64,000 bases of DNA from Halobacteriales archaeon (GTDB lineage: Archaea > Halobacteriota > Halobacteria > Halobacteriales > Hikarchaeaceae): the NCBI GenBank assembly GCA_034521615.1, contig JAXHME010000026.1:99477-163476 (forward strand), in the 5' to 3' direction. The notes under the pieces are model-generated. The model saw only the letters and a program-made list of their open reading frames with translations, was not told the origin of the DNA and ran no database searches. Made by a program: the position numbers and the translations under genes. Below are positions 9,223 through 17,606 of this stretch, piece after piece; within the stretch, counting starts at the first letter, position 1, and each line of letters opens with the position of its first letter.

Positions 9223-9828
9223 ATGACCATCCAGGACCCGCTCGAGATGGGGTCGTTCGGTCTCCTCGACTGGATCGAGGACCACAAGGAGGAGATGCAG
9301 CCCCCGATCGGCAACACGATCATCTGGGAGCAGACCGAGGGCGTCGACTTCCTGGCGATGGCCATCCGGGGGCCGAACCGGCGGCGGGCGTTCCACACCG
9401 GCCCGTCCCCGGAGCTGTTCTACCAGCTCGAGGGCACGGCCCACGTCGAGATCCTGCGGGACCCCGAGGACCAGGCCCGTCGCGAGCTCATCACGCTCGA
9501 GGCCGGGGACACGTTCATGCTCCCGACCGGGGTGCCCCACAACCCCCGGCGGACGCCCGGCTCGGTCGGCATCGTCATCGAGCTGTTCCGCGACGAGGAG
9601 GAGGTCGACGTGGTCGCCTACTACTGCCCGGAGTGCAACGGCGAGGTCCACCGCGAGCTCATCCACGAGGACTTCGGCCGGAACATCCAGCGGGTCGCGA
9701 CGGCGTTCCAGGACGACGAGGAGGCCCGGACCTGTCCCGACTGCGGCCACGTGATGGCGCCCCAGGCGGACCCCTGGACGCTCGAGGCGGCCGACGAGTG
9801 GGAGGCCCGCTGGGGCAACCGTCGGTAG
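9223..9828 (+). CDS. nbaC: 3-hydroxyanthranilate 3,4-dioxygenase
   Basis: Start at MTIQDP (ATG 9223). Cupin motifs are FHTGPSPELFYQLEG and GDTFMLPTGVPHNPRR. The C-terminal rubredoxin-like site YYCPECNGEVH...CPDCGHV matches bacterial HAO. Confidence 0.85.
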   Translation: MTIQDPLEMGSFGLLDWIEDHKEEMQPPIGNTIIWEQTEGVDFLAMAIRGPNRRRAFHTGPSPELFYQLEGTAHVEILRDPEDQARRELITLEAGDTFMLPTGVPHNPRRTPGSVGIVIELFRDEEEVDVVAYYCPECNGEVHRELIHEDFGRNIQRVATAFQDDEEARTCPDCGHVMAPQADPWTLEAADEWEARWGNRR

Positions 9829-9870
9829 CGAACCGAGACCGACGAGTAAGCCGCGACCGCCCGGCCGCAC

Positions 9871-10492
9871 GTGACCGACCGCGACGCCGTCCGCCGGGGC
9901 TACGACGCCCAGGCGAAGACCTACGCCGCCGAGCGAGCGCCCGGCGACGAGGAGCGGGCGGTGCTCGAGGGGTTCGCCGACCGCCTGGGCCCCGGCAATC
10001 GGGTCCTGAACGCCGGCTGCGGGCAGGGTGACCCCGTGCTCGGGTTGCTCGACGACCGGGCCGGGGCCGTCGGCCTGGACTTCTCCGCCGCCCAGCTGGA
10101 GCTCGCCCGCGAGGCGGCACCCTCGGCGTCCCTCGTCCGGGGCGACCTCACGGCGCTGCCGTTCGCGGCGGACCGGTTCGACGCCGCCGTCGCGGCTCAC
10201 GCCGTCATCCACCTGCCGCTCGGCGCAGCACGGGGCCGCCATCGCGGAGCTCGCCCGGGTGCTGCGCCCGGGCGGCCGGCTGCTGCTCTCTGAGGGGATG
10301 GCCCCGTGGGAGGGGACGAACCCGAACTGGCTCGATGGCGGCGCGGCGATGGAGTGGTCGATCGCCGGCGCCGAGGCGACCCGACGACAGCTCGAGGAGG
10401 CGGGCTTCGCGGTGCTCGAGCAGCGGACGGTCGGGGACGGGCTCGGCGAGGACGGTAGGTGGACGTTCTTCGACGCGCGGTTGGCCCGATGA
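9871..10492 (+). pseudogene. Class I SAM-dependent methyltransferase, frame broken near 10219-10224
   Basis: GTG start. It has motif I VLNAGCGQGDP and then DLTALPFAADRFDAAVAAHAVIHLPL. The sense continues in the 10028 frame (QHGAAIAELARVLRPGGRLLLSEG...). Confidence 0.7.
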
Positions 10493-10501
10493 ACGCCGGC
10501 G

Positions 10502-10837
10502 CTAGTCCTCGCCCTCGTCGTCCCCGCCGCGCATCAGCGGGGCCTCCAGCTCCTCCGCCTCCGGCTCCGACTCCAGCAGCGCGTCGAAATCGTCGACCTC
10601 GCCGTAGCGGTCGGCGTAGTGGAGCGCCCGTCGGCCCAGCTCCGTGATCTCGTACAGCCCGGAGCGCTCGGCGGGGCCGATCTTCTCGACGAGGCCGTAG
10701 TCGGCGAGCACCGGCAGTCGGGTGTTGATGTTCTTCCGGCTCTTGCCGGTGAGGTCCGCGAGGTTGGTGGCCACGTTCCGGCCGTGGTTGTGGAGGGCCT
10801 GCAGGATGAGGAAGTCAGTGGGCTGCCGGAGCTTCAT
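10502..10837 (-). CDS. Small winged-helix DNA-binding protein with acidic tail
   Basis: Start at MKLRQPTDFLILQAL (ATG 10837). It continues NVATNLADLTGKSRKNINTRLPVLADYGLVEK...GLYEITELGRRAL. The upstream part of the 182-aa ORF is Arg/Pro junk. Confidence 0.6.
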   Translation of the reverse strand: MKLRQPTDFLILQALHNHGRNVATNLADLTGKSRKNINTRLPVLADYGLVEKIGPAERSGLYEITELGRRALHYADRYGEVDDFDALLESEPEAEELEAPLMRGGDDEGED

Positions 10838-10922
10838 AGCCCGGCGGATGCCACCAGTGGGCATAACCAATGGGGTATTAAACCGGCGAGGGCGCGTGGG
10901 TCGATGACATGGCCCACGGACG

Positions 10923-12644
10923 CTACGGGTACGGGTGGAACGCCCGGTCGAACCGCGGCCGGTAGCCCAGCTCCCGTGGCACGGTCCGGGCCCGCTCGCC
11001 GAAGAAGCGCTCGCCGGTGAACAGCGGCTGGGCCGCGGGGACGAGCACACGGACGGCCTCGAACCCGAGCGACTCGAGGTCGCGGGTGGTGAGCCGGGCG
11101 GCGTAGGCGTCGAGGCCCCCGTCCTCGAGCCGCTCCAACAGCGCCGGGAGCACCGCCGCGCCCGTCGGCGGCTCGTCGGGGCCGACGCTCGCGGCGGGCA
11201 CCGGCCCCTCGGCGTCGATCAGCGCCGCCGCCTCGGAGGGCCGCTCGGCGTACCGCGCGAGGTGGGGCTCCTCCTCGGCCGCGCCCTCCGGGCCCATCCC
11301 GCGGAGCTCGGTCCAGTTCTGCACCGCCTCCTCGAGCGCGGCCGTCGCGGCGGCGACGGGGTCCAGCGCCGCCCCCGAGCCGACCGCGAACCGCGGCCAG
11401 TCGCCCTCGCGGTGGACCGCCACCGTCACCACCGGCAGGTCGACGTCCTGGGTCATGAGGAGCGCCGTGGCGCGCAGGTCCTCCGCCCGGGCCCGGCGCT
11501 CGAGCGTGTTGTAGCCCGGGTCGTCCACCGAGAGCGCCAGCGGCTCGAACGTCGAGTACCAGCCCAGCATCGTCGCGTCCCGCTCGACGACCTCGGTCAG
11601 CCCGGAGACCAGCGCGCCGGCGCCGGAGGTCCCGAGCCCGAGGCCGGTCGTGATCGCCGGCCCGAACCGCTCGGCGGGCGGCGGGAACAGCACCCGCTCG
11701 GCGGGGAGCTGGACCGCCTCCCCGGTGTGGAGGTCCTCGCCCGGCACCCATTGGACCGGGCCGTCCGCGGCGGCTACCTCCTCGTCATCCTCGGGGCGGA
11801 CGAACCACTCGGGCGACACCGCGTCCGCCAGATCACCGGCCGGGGCGACCGTGAACGTCTCCTCGCGGTAGACCCCCGCGGCGTAGCGCTCGAGCGCCTC
11901 GCCCACCGCCTTCACGAACGCGGGGTTCCAGTCGGCCGCCACGCCGGCGGCCTGCCGGCTCGCCTGTGCGTCGCTGAAGCCGCTCGTGTCCGCGACGGTC
12001 GCCAGGTAGTACGGCGCGGGGAACGACTCGGCCTCGCCGACGGACTGGACCGGGCCGAGCCGCTGGTCGACCGCCCCCTCGGCGCGCTCGATCGTCGGCT
12101 CCAGCGGGACGGCCTCGTGCTCGCGATCGAGCGCACCGTCCCGCTCACCCTCGCAGGCGCAGCCGGGCACGGCGAGCAGCCGTCGGCGCTGATAGGGCAG
12201 CTCGAGGACCGTGCCGACCTGCGCGGCGCCGTCGAGCAGCTGGACGGCCAGCCGGCCGGCGTGGGCGCCCGCCAGTCGGGCGTCGGCCCGGGCGGTCCTG
12301 GGCCCGCCGGCGGCCTCGTCCTGCTCGGTCGAGACCACGCGCGACCGCAGGCAGTCGTAGCACGGGCCATCGGGGTCGAGCACCGACACCGCCGCGTCGA
12401 CGCCGGGGACCGCCCGGCCGCCGACGCCGCCGAGCTCGACCGCGACCCAGGGCGCGCTCCGGCTCGCGTTCGCCCGGTCGAACCGCGCGTCGCCCGCCGG
12501 GCCGACCACCACCGCCAGCTCGAAGGGGTCGGCGTCGGCGGCCTCGACCCGCGCCGCGTCGTGGTCGCCGTCGGTCAGGGCCGCCTCGACCGCCGCCGCC
12601 GCGGGGCCGCTCCCGACGAGCGCCACGGCCGCCTCGTCGCTCAT
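10923..12644 (-). CDS. E1-like (ThiF/Ocin-ThiF-like) domain fused to a YcaO-family ATP-dependent amide-activating enzyme
   Basis: 573 aa. The N-terminus has LVGSGPAAAAV plus Cys95-x2-Cys98 and Cys162-x-Cys164. The central and C-terminal regions are YcaO-like (…GLGLGTSGAGALVSGLTEVVERDA…). It ends ...RFDRAFHPYP, a Pro-rich terminal motif. Confidence 0.8.
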   Translation of the reverse strand: MSDEAAVALVGSGPAAAAVEAALTDGDHDAARVEAADADPFELAVVVGPAGDARFDRANASRSAPWVAVELGGVGGRAVPGVDAAVSVLDPDGPCYDCLRSRVVSTEQDEAAGGPRTARADARLAGAHAGRLAVQLLDGAAQVGTVLELPYQRRRLLAVPGCACEGERDGALDREHEAVPLEPTIERAEGAVDQRLGPVQSVGEAESFPAPYYLATVADTSGFSDAQASRQAAGVAADWNPAFVKAVGEALERYAAGVYREETFTVAPAGDLADAVSPEWFVRPEDDEEVAAADGPVQWVPGEDLHTGEAVQLPAERVLFPPPAERFGPAITTGLGLGTSGAGALVSGLTEVVERDATMLGWYSTFEPLALSVDDPGYNTLERRARAEDLRATALLMTQDVDLPVVTVAVHREGDWPRFAVGSGAALDPVAAATAALEEAVQNWTELRGMGPEGAAEEEPHLARYAERPSEAAALIDAEGPVPAASVGPDEPPTGAAVLPALLERLEDGGLDAYAARLTTRDLESLGFEAVRVLVPAAQPLFTGERFFGERARTVPRELGYRPRFDRAFHPYP

Positions 12645-12692
12645 TTCGTCGCGGGAGGGACCGGGGGCAGTTGAAGGGTCCGGTCGCGGCCG

Positions 12693-13520
12693 CTACTCCA
12701 TCAGGCCCAAGGCCACGCTGGCGAGCTCGTCGGCGTCGGCCGACCGGAGCCGCTCGTCGGCGAACTTCAGCCGGAGCCGCGGCCGGCCCACGTCGATGGG
12801 CACCTTCTCCGTGGCGATGAGCCCGAGCTCCTCCAGGTCGGACTTCGTGCGCGAGAACGTCGCCTTGCTCGCGAGGCCGACGTCCTCGCCCCACTTCGAG
12901 ATGTCGTAGAGCAGCGCCTCGTTCTTCGCGGCGACGAGCAGCGCGATCGTGACCTCGTCGAGCCCGTGGCCGTCGCCCCGGGCGGTGTCGAGCGAGTCGA
13001 CGATCCCCGCGAAGTCGCCCCGGGCGGTCTGGCCGAGCTCGTCACCGATCGTCTCGGTGACCGCCGACCGGGCGGGCGTGCGCAGGCTGAACGGCTCGGC
13101 ACCCTCCCAGCGCTCGGCCGCCTGGGACGCCAGCGCCTCGCGGACCGGCTCCGCGTCGGTCGAGACCGCCGCCAGCCGGCCCTCGAGGTCGAACAGCTGG
13201 ACCGCCGCGTCGCCGAACAGCAGGAGGTTGCCGTTGGGGAACGCCGGGGCCGTCCGGTAGGCCACCGCGTCCCGGGCGTCGAGGTTCGCCAGGAGGCTCG
13301 CGAAGAGGAAGTCCTCGACCTGGTCCTTCAGCTGCTCGGTGCGGACCAGCAGGCGGGCGCCGGGGTCGGCGTCGGATCCGTCGAGCGTCCGAACCAGCGC
13401 GTCGAGTACCGTCGGGGCGGGGTCGACGGCGTAGGTCAGCGTGCCCCGCGCATCGAGCACCCGACGGACGGTCTCCTCGGGTGGCGCGGGCGGCTGGAAC
13501 GACATGCGTAGGGTGGCCAC
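12693..13520 (-). CDS. wHTH transcription regulator, TbsP/TrmB-like (tentative)
   Basis: 275 aa. The C-terminal part reads TIALLVAAKNEALLYDISKWGEDVGLASKATFSRTKSDLEELGLIATEKVPIDVGRPRLRLKF, an HTH plus wing. The family name is from memory. The start could instead be Met6 (13505). Confidence 0.45.
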   Translation of the reverse strand: MATLRMSFQPPAPPEETVRRVLDARGTLTYAVDPAPTVLDALVRTLDGSDADPGARLLVRTEQLKDQVEDFLFASLLANLDARDAVAYRTAPAFPNGNLLLFGDAAVQLFDLEGRLAAVSTDAEPVREALASQAAERWEGAEPFSLRTPARSAVTETIGDELGQTARGDFAGIVDSLDTARGDGHGLDEVTIALLVAAKNEALLYDISKWGEDVGLASKATFSRTKSDLEELGLIATEKVPIDVGRPRLRLKFADERLRSADADELASVALGLME

Positions 13521-13566
13521 CCGGGCGGGTTATTTAATTGTTGTTGGTTCGGCCGTGATTTTAATC
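13521..13566 (-). promoter_or_regulatory. AT-rich intergenic patch with TATA-like elements upstream of the 12693-13520 gene
   Basis: TTATTTAATTG (13530-13540) and GATTTTAATC (13557-13566) stand out in about 70% GC surroundings. The exact TATA box and transcription start are not resolvable by eye. Confidence 0.35.
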
Positions 13567-15658
13567 AGGGCCGTGAGGCGGCGGCCGCCGTGTCCGCCCC
13601 GTCGGCCAGTTGCCGGGCCAGGTCGGTCGACCAGTGGAACTCGTTGGCGAGGATCACCGGCACCTCGACCGTCCGGAGGAACGCGACGAACGCGGCCCGG
13701 TCGAGGACCGCCTCGGCCGGGCAGCCGCGGAGCACGAACGGCGCCGCCCGAGGGTGCCGGGGCTTCGCGATCCCGCCCGGCACGTTCAGCGCGGGGAACT
13801 CGAACCGGACGGCGAACTCGTCCGCCGAGACCGCCTCGGCGGTCAGCTCCGCCGGGAACGCGTCCTCGCCCTGGGCCAGCCGGTGGGTGCCGTCGCCGAC
13901 GACGCCGTAGAACCGGTTCGTGAGCGATTGGCGGCTCGCGAGCCTGAGCGCCCGGCTCACGCTGAAGCCGTGCATCACCAGCCGGGCGAACGTCATCCCG
14001 ACCCGGGAGGCCTCCCGGTTCAGGACGTCCGCCAGCGTGACGGCGCCCGCGACGCTGCCGCGGCGGACGAGCGCCAGGCCCTGCTCGAACGAGCCACAGG
14101 CGTTGAGAAAGAACGTCTGCACCTCGGTCCCCTCGAGATCGGCCGTCGACACCGAACCGTCCGCACACCGGAGGCCGTCGGCGTCGCAGTGGCCGACGTA
14201 GTGCAGGAAGTCCACGGGCGACGCGAACACCTCCCTGAGGCCCGCCCGGGTCAACGACTCCTCGACCCGAACGTCGATGGCCAGCTCGGCGGACCGCGAA
14301 CGGTAGATGCGCTCGACGGCCTCGCGCTCCTCGAGCATCGCCTCGTCGTTGATGACCACCACGACCCGGCGGGGCCCCTCGCTGCGCTCGTGGTAGCCGA
14401 CGCGGTGCTCGAACGCGGACTGCGTCGCCCGGAACGCGCCGACGGGCGTCCCCTCGGCCAACCACCCCTGCAGTTCGCCGAGGCGGAGCCGGTTCCGCAC
14501 GAGGTCGTACCGCGGGGGCGAGCCCCATTCGCGAGAGCTGGCCACGTAGGAGTCCTCGACGGACTCGGCGACCAGCGACCGCCGGCCCATAGCCACCGGG
14601 TCGGGGCGCTGGATCAGGCTCAGCCGGCTCAGGAGGTAGGGCAGCGTCGGGACCGACTCGATCGCGGGCTCGACGACGGTGCTCAGGTGCCAGTCGGGGA
14701 GCCGACCGGCGACCCGCGAGTAGTCCGCCCCGAGGTAGGCCGCCAGGCGGTCGCCCTGCGGGCGGCCGTAGAGCGCCACCGGGTCGAGGCCGAGCTCGTC
14801 GAGCAGCTCCGCCTCCCGCAGGTCGACGCCGTACGGGCCGGCGTCCCGAACCAGGCAGTCGAGATAGAACGCCCGCGCGAGCAGGGCGGCGATGTCGCGC
14901 TCCAGGGGCGCCTTGCGGCCGAGCCACAGCGGCCGGTCGAGGGCGGGCGCCGTGAGCCGGACGGCCGCCACCGGCGCCAGCTCGAGCTCGGCCTGCAGGT
15001 AGCAGCTCAGCGGCGCCGTCACGAACAGCGCCGCGAGCGATTCGGGGACCTCGATCGTGACGTCCGAGGTCACCCCGGCCGTCCGGACCGCCTCGGGGAC
15101 GGCCGTGCGCTCGCCGAACGCGACCGCGGGCGGGTGGAGCCGCTTCGACGGGTAGCTCTTATCGGGCGTGTCGGCGGCCAGGCCGGCGGCCTGCCACTGG
15201 ATCGCCGTCCGCGCGCCCTCGAGCGTCGGCGGCACGGTCACCGTCTCCCGGGGGCGGTCGATGCGGCTCCGGAAGCCCAGCGTGACCGGCGCCGGCCGCT
15301 CGAACTCGACGGCGATCGAGCCGTCGTCGGGCGACTGTTCGATGACGCAGGGCGCCGCCAGCCCGAGGTAGACGATGATGCTCATCTCGACCTTCAACAC
15401 GGCCGGGCCGCCGGGCAACTCCGCACGCCCGGCACGGTCGTCGAACTGCCTCCACCGGCGGTCGCCGGCCCGCTCGATCGTCACCGCGGCCTCCGGGAAC
15501 GCCACCCGCCGGGTTCGACCCCGCACGAGGCCGTCGACCCGCCGGTCGAGCCCGGGGCCGTCAGCCGCCGGCCGCCAGCCGTCGACGTCGACGCCGACCT
15601 CGTTCTTCCCGACGTCGACCGCCTCGACGGCGCCCTCCCGGACGCACACCTCGAGCAT
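13565..15658 (-). CDS. Large protein with a C-terminal CHAT-like (caspase-fold) protease domain and an unknown N-terminal two-thirds
   Basis: 697 aa. The key motif is FLHYVGH(490)C...TEVQTFFLNAC(521)GSFEQGLALVRRGSVAGAVTLADV...FSVSRALRLA. I checked the codons: CAC at 14189-14191 and TGT at 14096-14098. This is the His-Cys dyad context of the CHAT/caspase superfamily. Confidence 0.6.
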   Translation of the reverse strand: MLEVCVREGAVEAVDVGKNEVGVDVDGWRPAADGPGLDRRVDGLVRGRTRRVAFPEAAVTIERAGDRRWRQFDDRAGRAELPGGPAVLKVEMSIIVYLGLAAPCVIEQSPDDGSIAVEFERPAPVTLGFRSRIDRPRETVTVPPTLEGARTAIQWQAAGLAADTPDKSYPSKRLHPPAVAFGERTAVPEAVRTAGVTSDVTIEVPESLAALFVTAPLSCYLQAELELAPVAAVRLTAPALDRPLWLGRKAPLERDIAALLARAFYLDCLVRDAGPYGVDLREAELLDELGLDPVALYGRPQGDRLAAYLGADYSRVAGRLPDWHLSTVVEPAIESVPTLPYLLSRLSLIQRPDPVAMGRRSLVAESVEDSYVASSREWGSPPRYDLVRNRLRLGELQGWLAEGTPVGAFRATQSAFEHRVGYHERSEGPRRVVVVINDEAMLEEREAVERIYRSRSAELAIDVRVEESLTRAGLREVFASPVDFLHYVGHCDADGLRCADGSVSTADLEGTEVQTFFLNACGSFEQGLALVRRGSVAGAVTLADVLNREASRVGMTFARLVMHGFSVSRALRLASRQSLTNRFYGVVGDGTHRLAQGEDAFPAELTAEAVSADEFAVRFEFPALNVPGGIAKPRHPRAAPFVLRGCPAEAVLDRAAFVAFLRTVEVPVILANEFHWSTDLARQLADGADTAAAASRP

Positions 15659-15765
15659 CGGCGACCTGCTTTCAGCGAGCCCCTACTTGAATTTAACCCC
15701 GAGCCGTTTCCCACCCGGTGGGAACGACGAGGAACACTTTAGTCCCGCGCGCAAGCCGGGAGCCC

Positions 15766-17013
15766 ATGGACTACGACCGGGTACGTGACGTCGACCCCGC
15801 CGCCGCCGACGCCCTCGAGGGCGAGCTCGAGCGCCAGCAGCACACCCTGGCGATGATCGCCTCGGAGAACCACGTCAGCGAGGCGGTGCTCGAGGCGCAG
15901 GGCTCGGTGCTCACGAACAAGTACGCCGAGGGCTACCCCGGCGAGCGCTACTACGGCGGCTGCGAGCACGTCGACGAGATCGAGCAGCTGGCCATCGACC
16001 GCGCGACGGAGCTCTGGGGCGCCGAGTACGCGAACGTCCAGCCCCACAGCGGCACCCAGGCCAACATGGCCGTCTACTTCGCCATGCTCGACGCCGGCGA
16101 CAGGATCCTCTCGCTCGACCTCACCCACGGCGGCCACCTCAGCCACGGCCACCCGATGAACTTCTCGGGCCAGCTCTACGACGTCGAGCACTACCACGTC
16201 GACCCGGACACGGGCTACGTCGACTACGAGGAGCTCGAGGCGAAGGCGGAGTCGTTCGACCCGGACATCGTCGTCTCGGGCTACTCGGCCTACCCCCGCG
16301 AGATCGAGTGGGAGCGCGTCCAGGCGGCCGCCGAGGCCGTCGACGCCTACCACCTCGCGGACATGGCGCACATCACCGGGCTCGTGGCCGCCGGCGTCCA
16401 CGGCTCGCCCGTGGGGATCGCCGACTTCGTCACCGGCTCGACGCACAAGACCGTCCGCGCCGGCCGGGGCGGGATCGTGCTCGCGAACGAGGAGCACGCC
16501 GACGCCATCGACACGGCCGTCATCCCCGGCATGCAGGGCGGGCCGCTGATGCACAACATCGCCGGGAAGGCCGTCGGCTTCGGCGAGGCGCTCTCGCCGG
16601 AGTTCCGCGCGTACGCCGAGCAGGTCGTCGCGAACGCCAAGGCGCTCGGCGAGGCGCTCTCGGACCGGGGCCTCTCGCTGGTCTCGGGCGGGACGGACAA
16701 CCACCTCGTGCTCGTCGACCTCCGGCCCTCGAACCCGGACACCACGGGCAAGGAGGTCGAGCGCGCGCTCGAGCGGGCGAGCATCGTCCTCAACGCGAAC
16801 ACGGTGCCCGGCGAGACGCGGTCGCCCTTCGTGACCAGCGGCTTCCGCGCCGGCACCGCCGCGCTGACGACCCGCGGCTTCGACGAGGCCGACTGCGCGA
16901 CCGTCGGCGAGCGCATCGCCGACGTGGTCGAGGCCCCCGACGACGACGCGGTGATCGACGACGTCCGGGCGACCGTCGAGGAGCTCTGCGCCGCGAACCC
17001 CCTCTACGAGTAG
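15766..17013 (+). CDS. glyA: Serine hydroxymethyltransferase
   Basis: Start at MDYDRVRDVDP (ATG 15766). The sequence is LAMIASENHVS...TNKYAEGYPGERYYGGC...GSTHKT.RAGRGG. An ACTTTAG box lies about 30 nt upstream. Confidence 0.95.
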   Translation: MDYDRVRDVDPAAADALEGELERQQHTLAMIASENHVSEAVLEAQGSVLTNKYAEGYPGERYYGGCEHVDEIEQLAIDRATELWGAEYANVQPHSGTQANMAVYFAMLDAGDRILSLDLTHGGHLSHGHPMNFSGQLYDVEHYHVDPDTGYVDYEELEAKAESFDPDIVVSGYSAYPREIEWERVQAAAEAVDAYHLADMAHITGLVAAGVHGSPVGIADFVTGSTHKTVRAGRGGIVLANEEHADAIDTAVIPGMQGGPLMHNIAGKAVGFGEALSPEFRAYAEQVVANAKALGEALSDRGLSLVSGGTDNHLVLVDLRPSNPDTTGKEVERALERASIVLNANTVPGETRSPFVTSGFRAGTAALTTRGFDEADCATVGERIADVVEAPDDDAVIDDVRATVEELCAANPLYE

Positions 17014-17017
17014 CGCG

Positions 17018-17530
17018 GTGGCCACCCGGCGGGCGTTCCTGGCGGCGGTCGCCCTCCCGGCGCTAGCCGGCTGTACGGGGGCGACGCCCGCCGGTGGCCC
17101 AACCGCTACGGCCACCGACACCGAGCGCCCGACCGCACTGCCGACCGCCACCGACGAGCTCGACCTGCGCGAGGCGAACGTCGTCGAGGTGGCGTTCGAC
17201 GGCGAGCCCGGCGGTGACGTCCGCTTCGACGTCACCCTGTACCACGACGACGACGGCGAGGCGGCCTACGCGAACTGGTGGCAGGTCGAGGCGCTCGATG
17301 GCGCGCGGCTGGGCCGGCGCGAGCTACTGCACGCCCACAGCACGGCGCCGTTCACCCGGTCGACCACGGTCGCCGTCCCCGCCGACCGGAACTGCGTCGT
17401 GATCCGTGGGCACGACCAGACCCACGGCTACGGGGGCCGGGCGGCGCTGGTGAACCTCGAGACGGGCGCGACGCGGTACGTCGACCAGGGTGCCGAGCCA
17501 CGATCCTTCTCGGCCGGGGACTGCCCCTGA
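17018..17530 (+). CDS. Secreted Tat/lipobox lipoprotein, function unknown
   Basis: The N-terminus MATRRAFLAAVALPALAGC has a twin-Arg and a lipobox Cys, followed by a Thr/Pro/Ala linker. Confidence 0.55.
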   Translation: MATRRAFLAAVALPALAGCTGATPAGGPTATATDTERPTALPTATDELDLREANVVEVAFDGEPGGDVRFDVTLYHDDDGEAAYANWWQVEALDGARLGRRELLHAHSTAPFTRSTTVAVPADRNCVVIRGHDQTHGYGGRAALVNLETGATRYVDQGAEPRSFSAGDCP

Positions 17531-17606
17531 ACGGCCCGCGGGTCCGTGCGGCGGCAACCGTTGCGCGGACCGGCGGCGCTTTTCGGCCGGCGCGCGTAGG
17601 GAGCGT

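Noticed and set aside
10923-12644. The YcaO as a TfuA-dependent thioamidase like the methanogen McrA-modifying enzyme.
   Set aside because: There is no TfuA gene adjacent and no methyl-coenzyme M reductase context in a haloarchaeon. The fused E1-like domain points to the other YcaO subclass.
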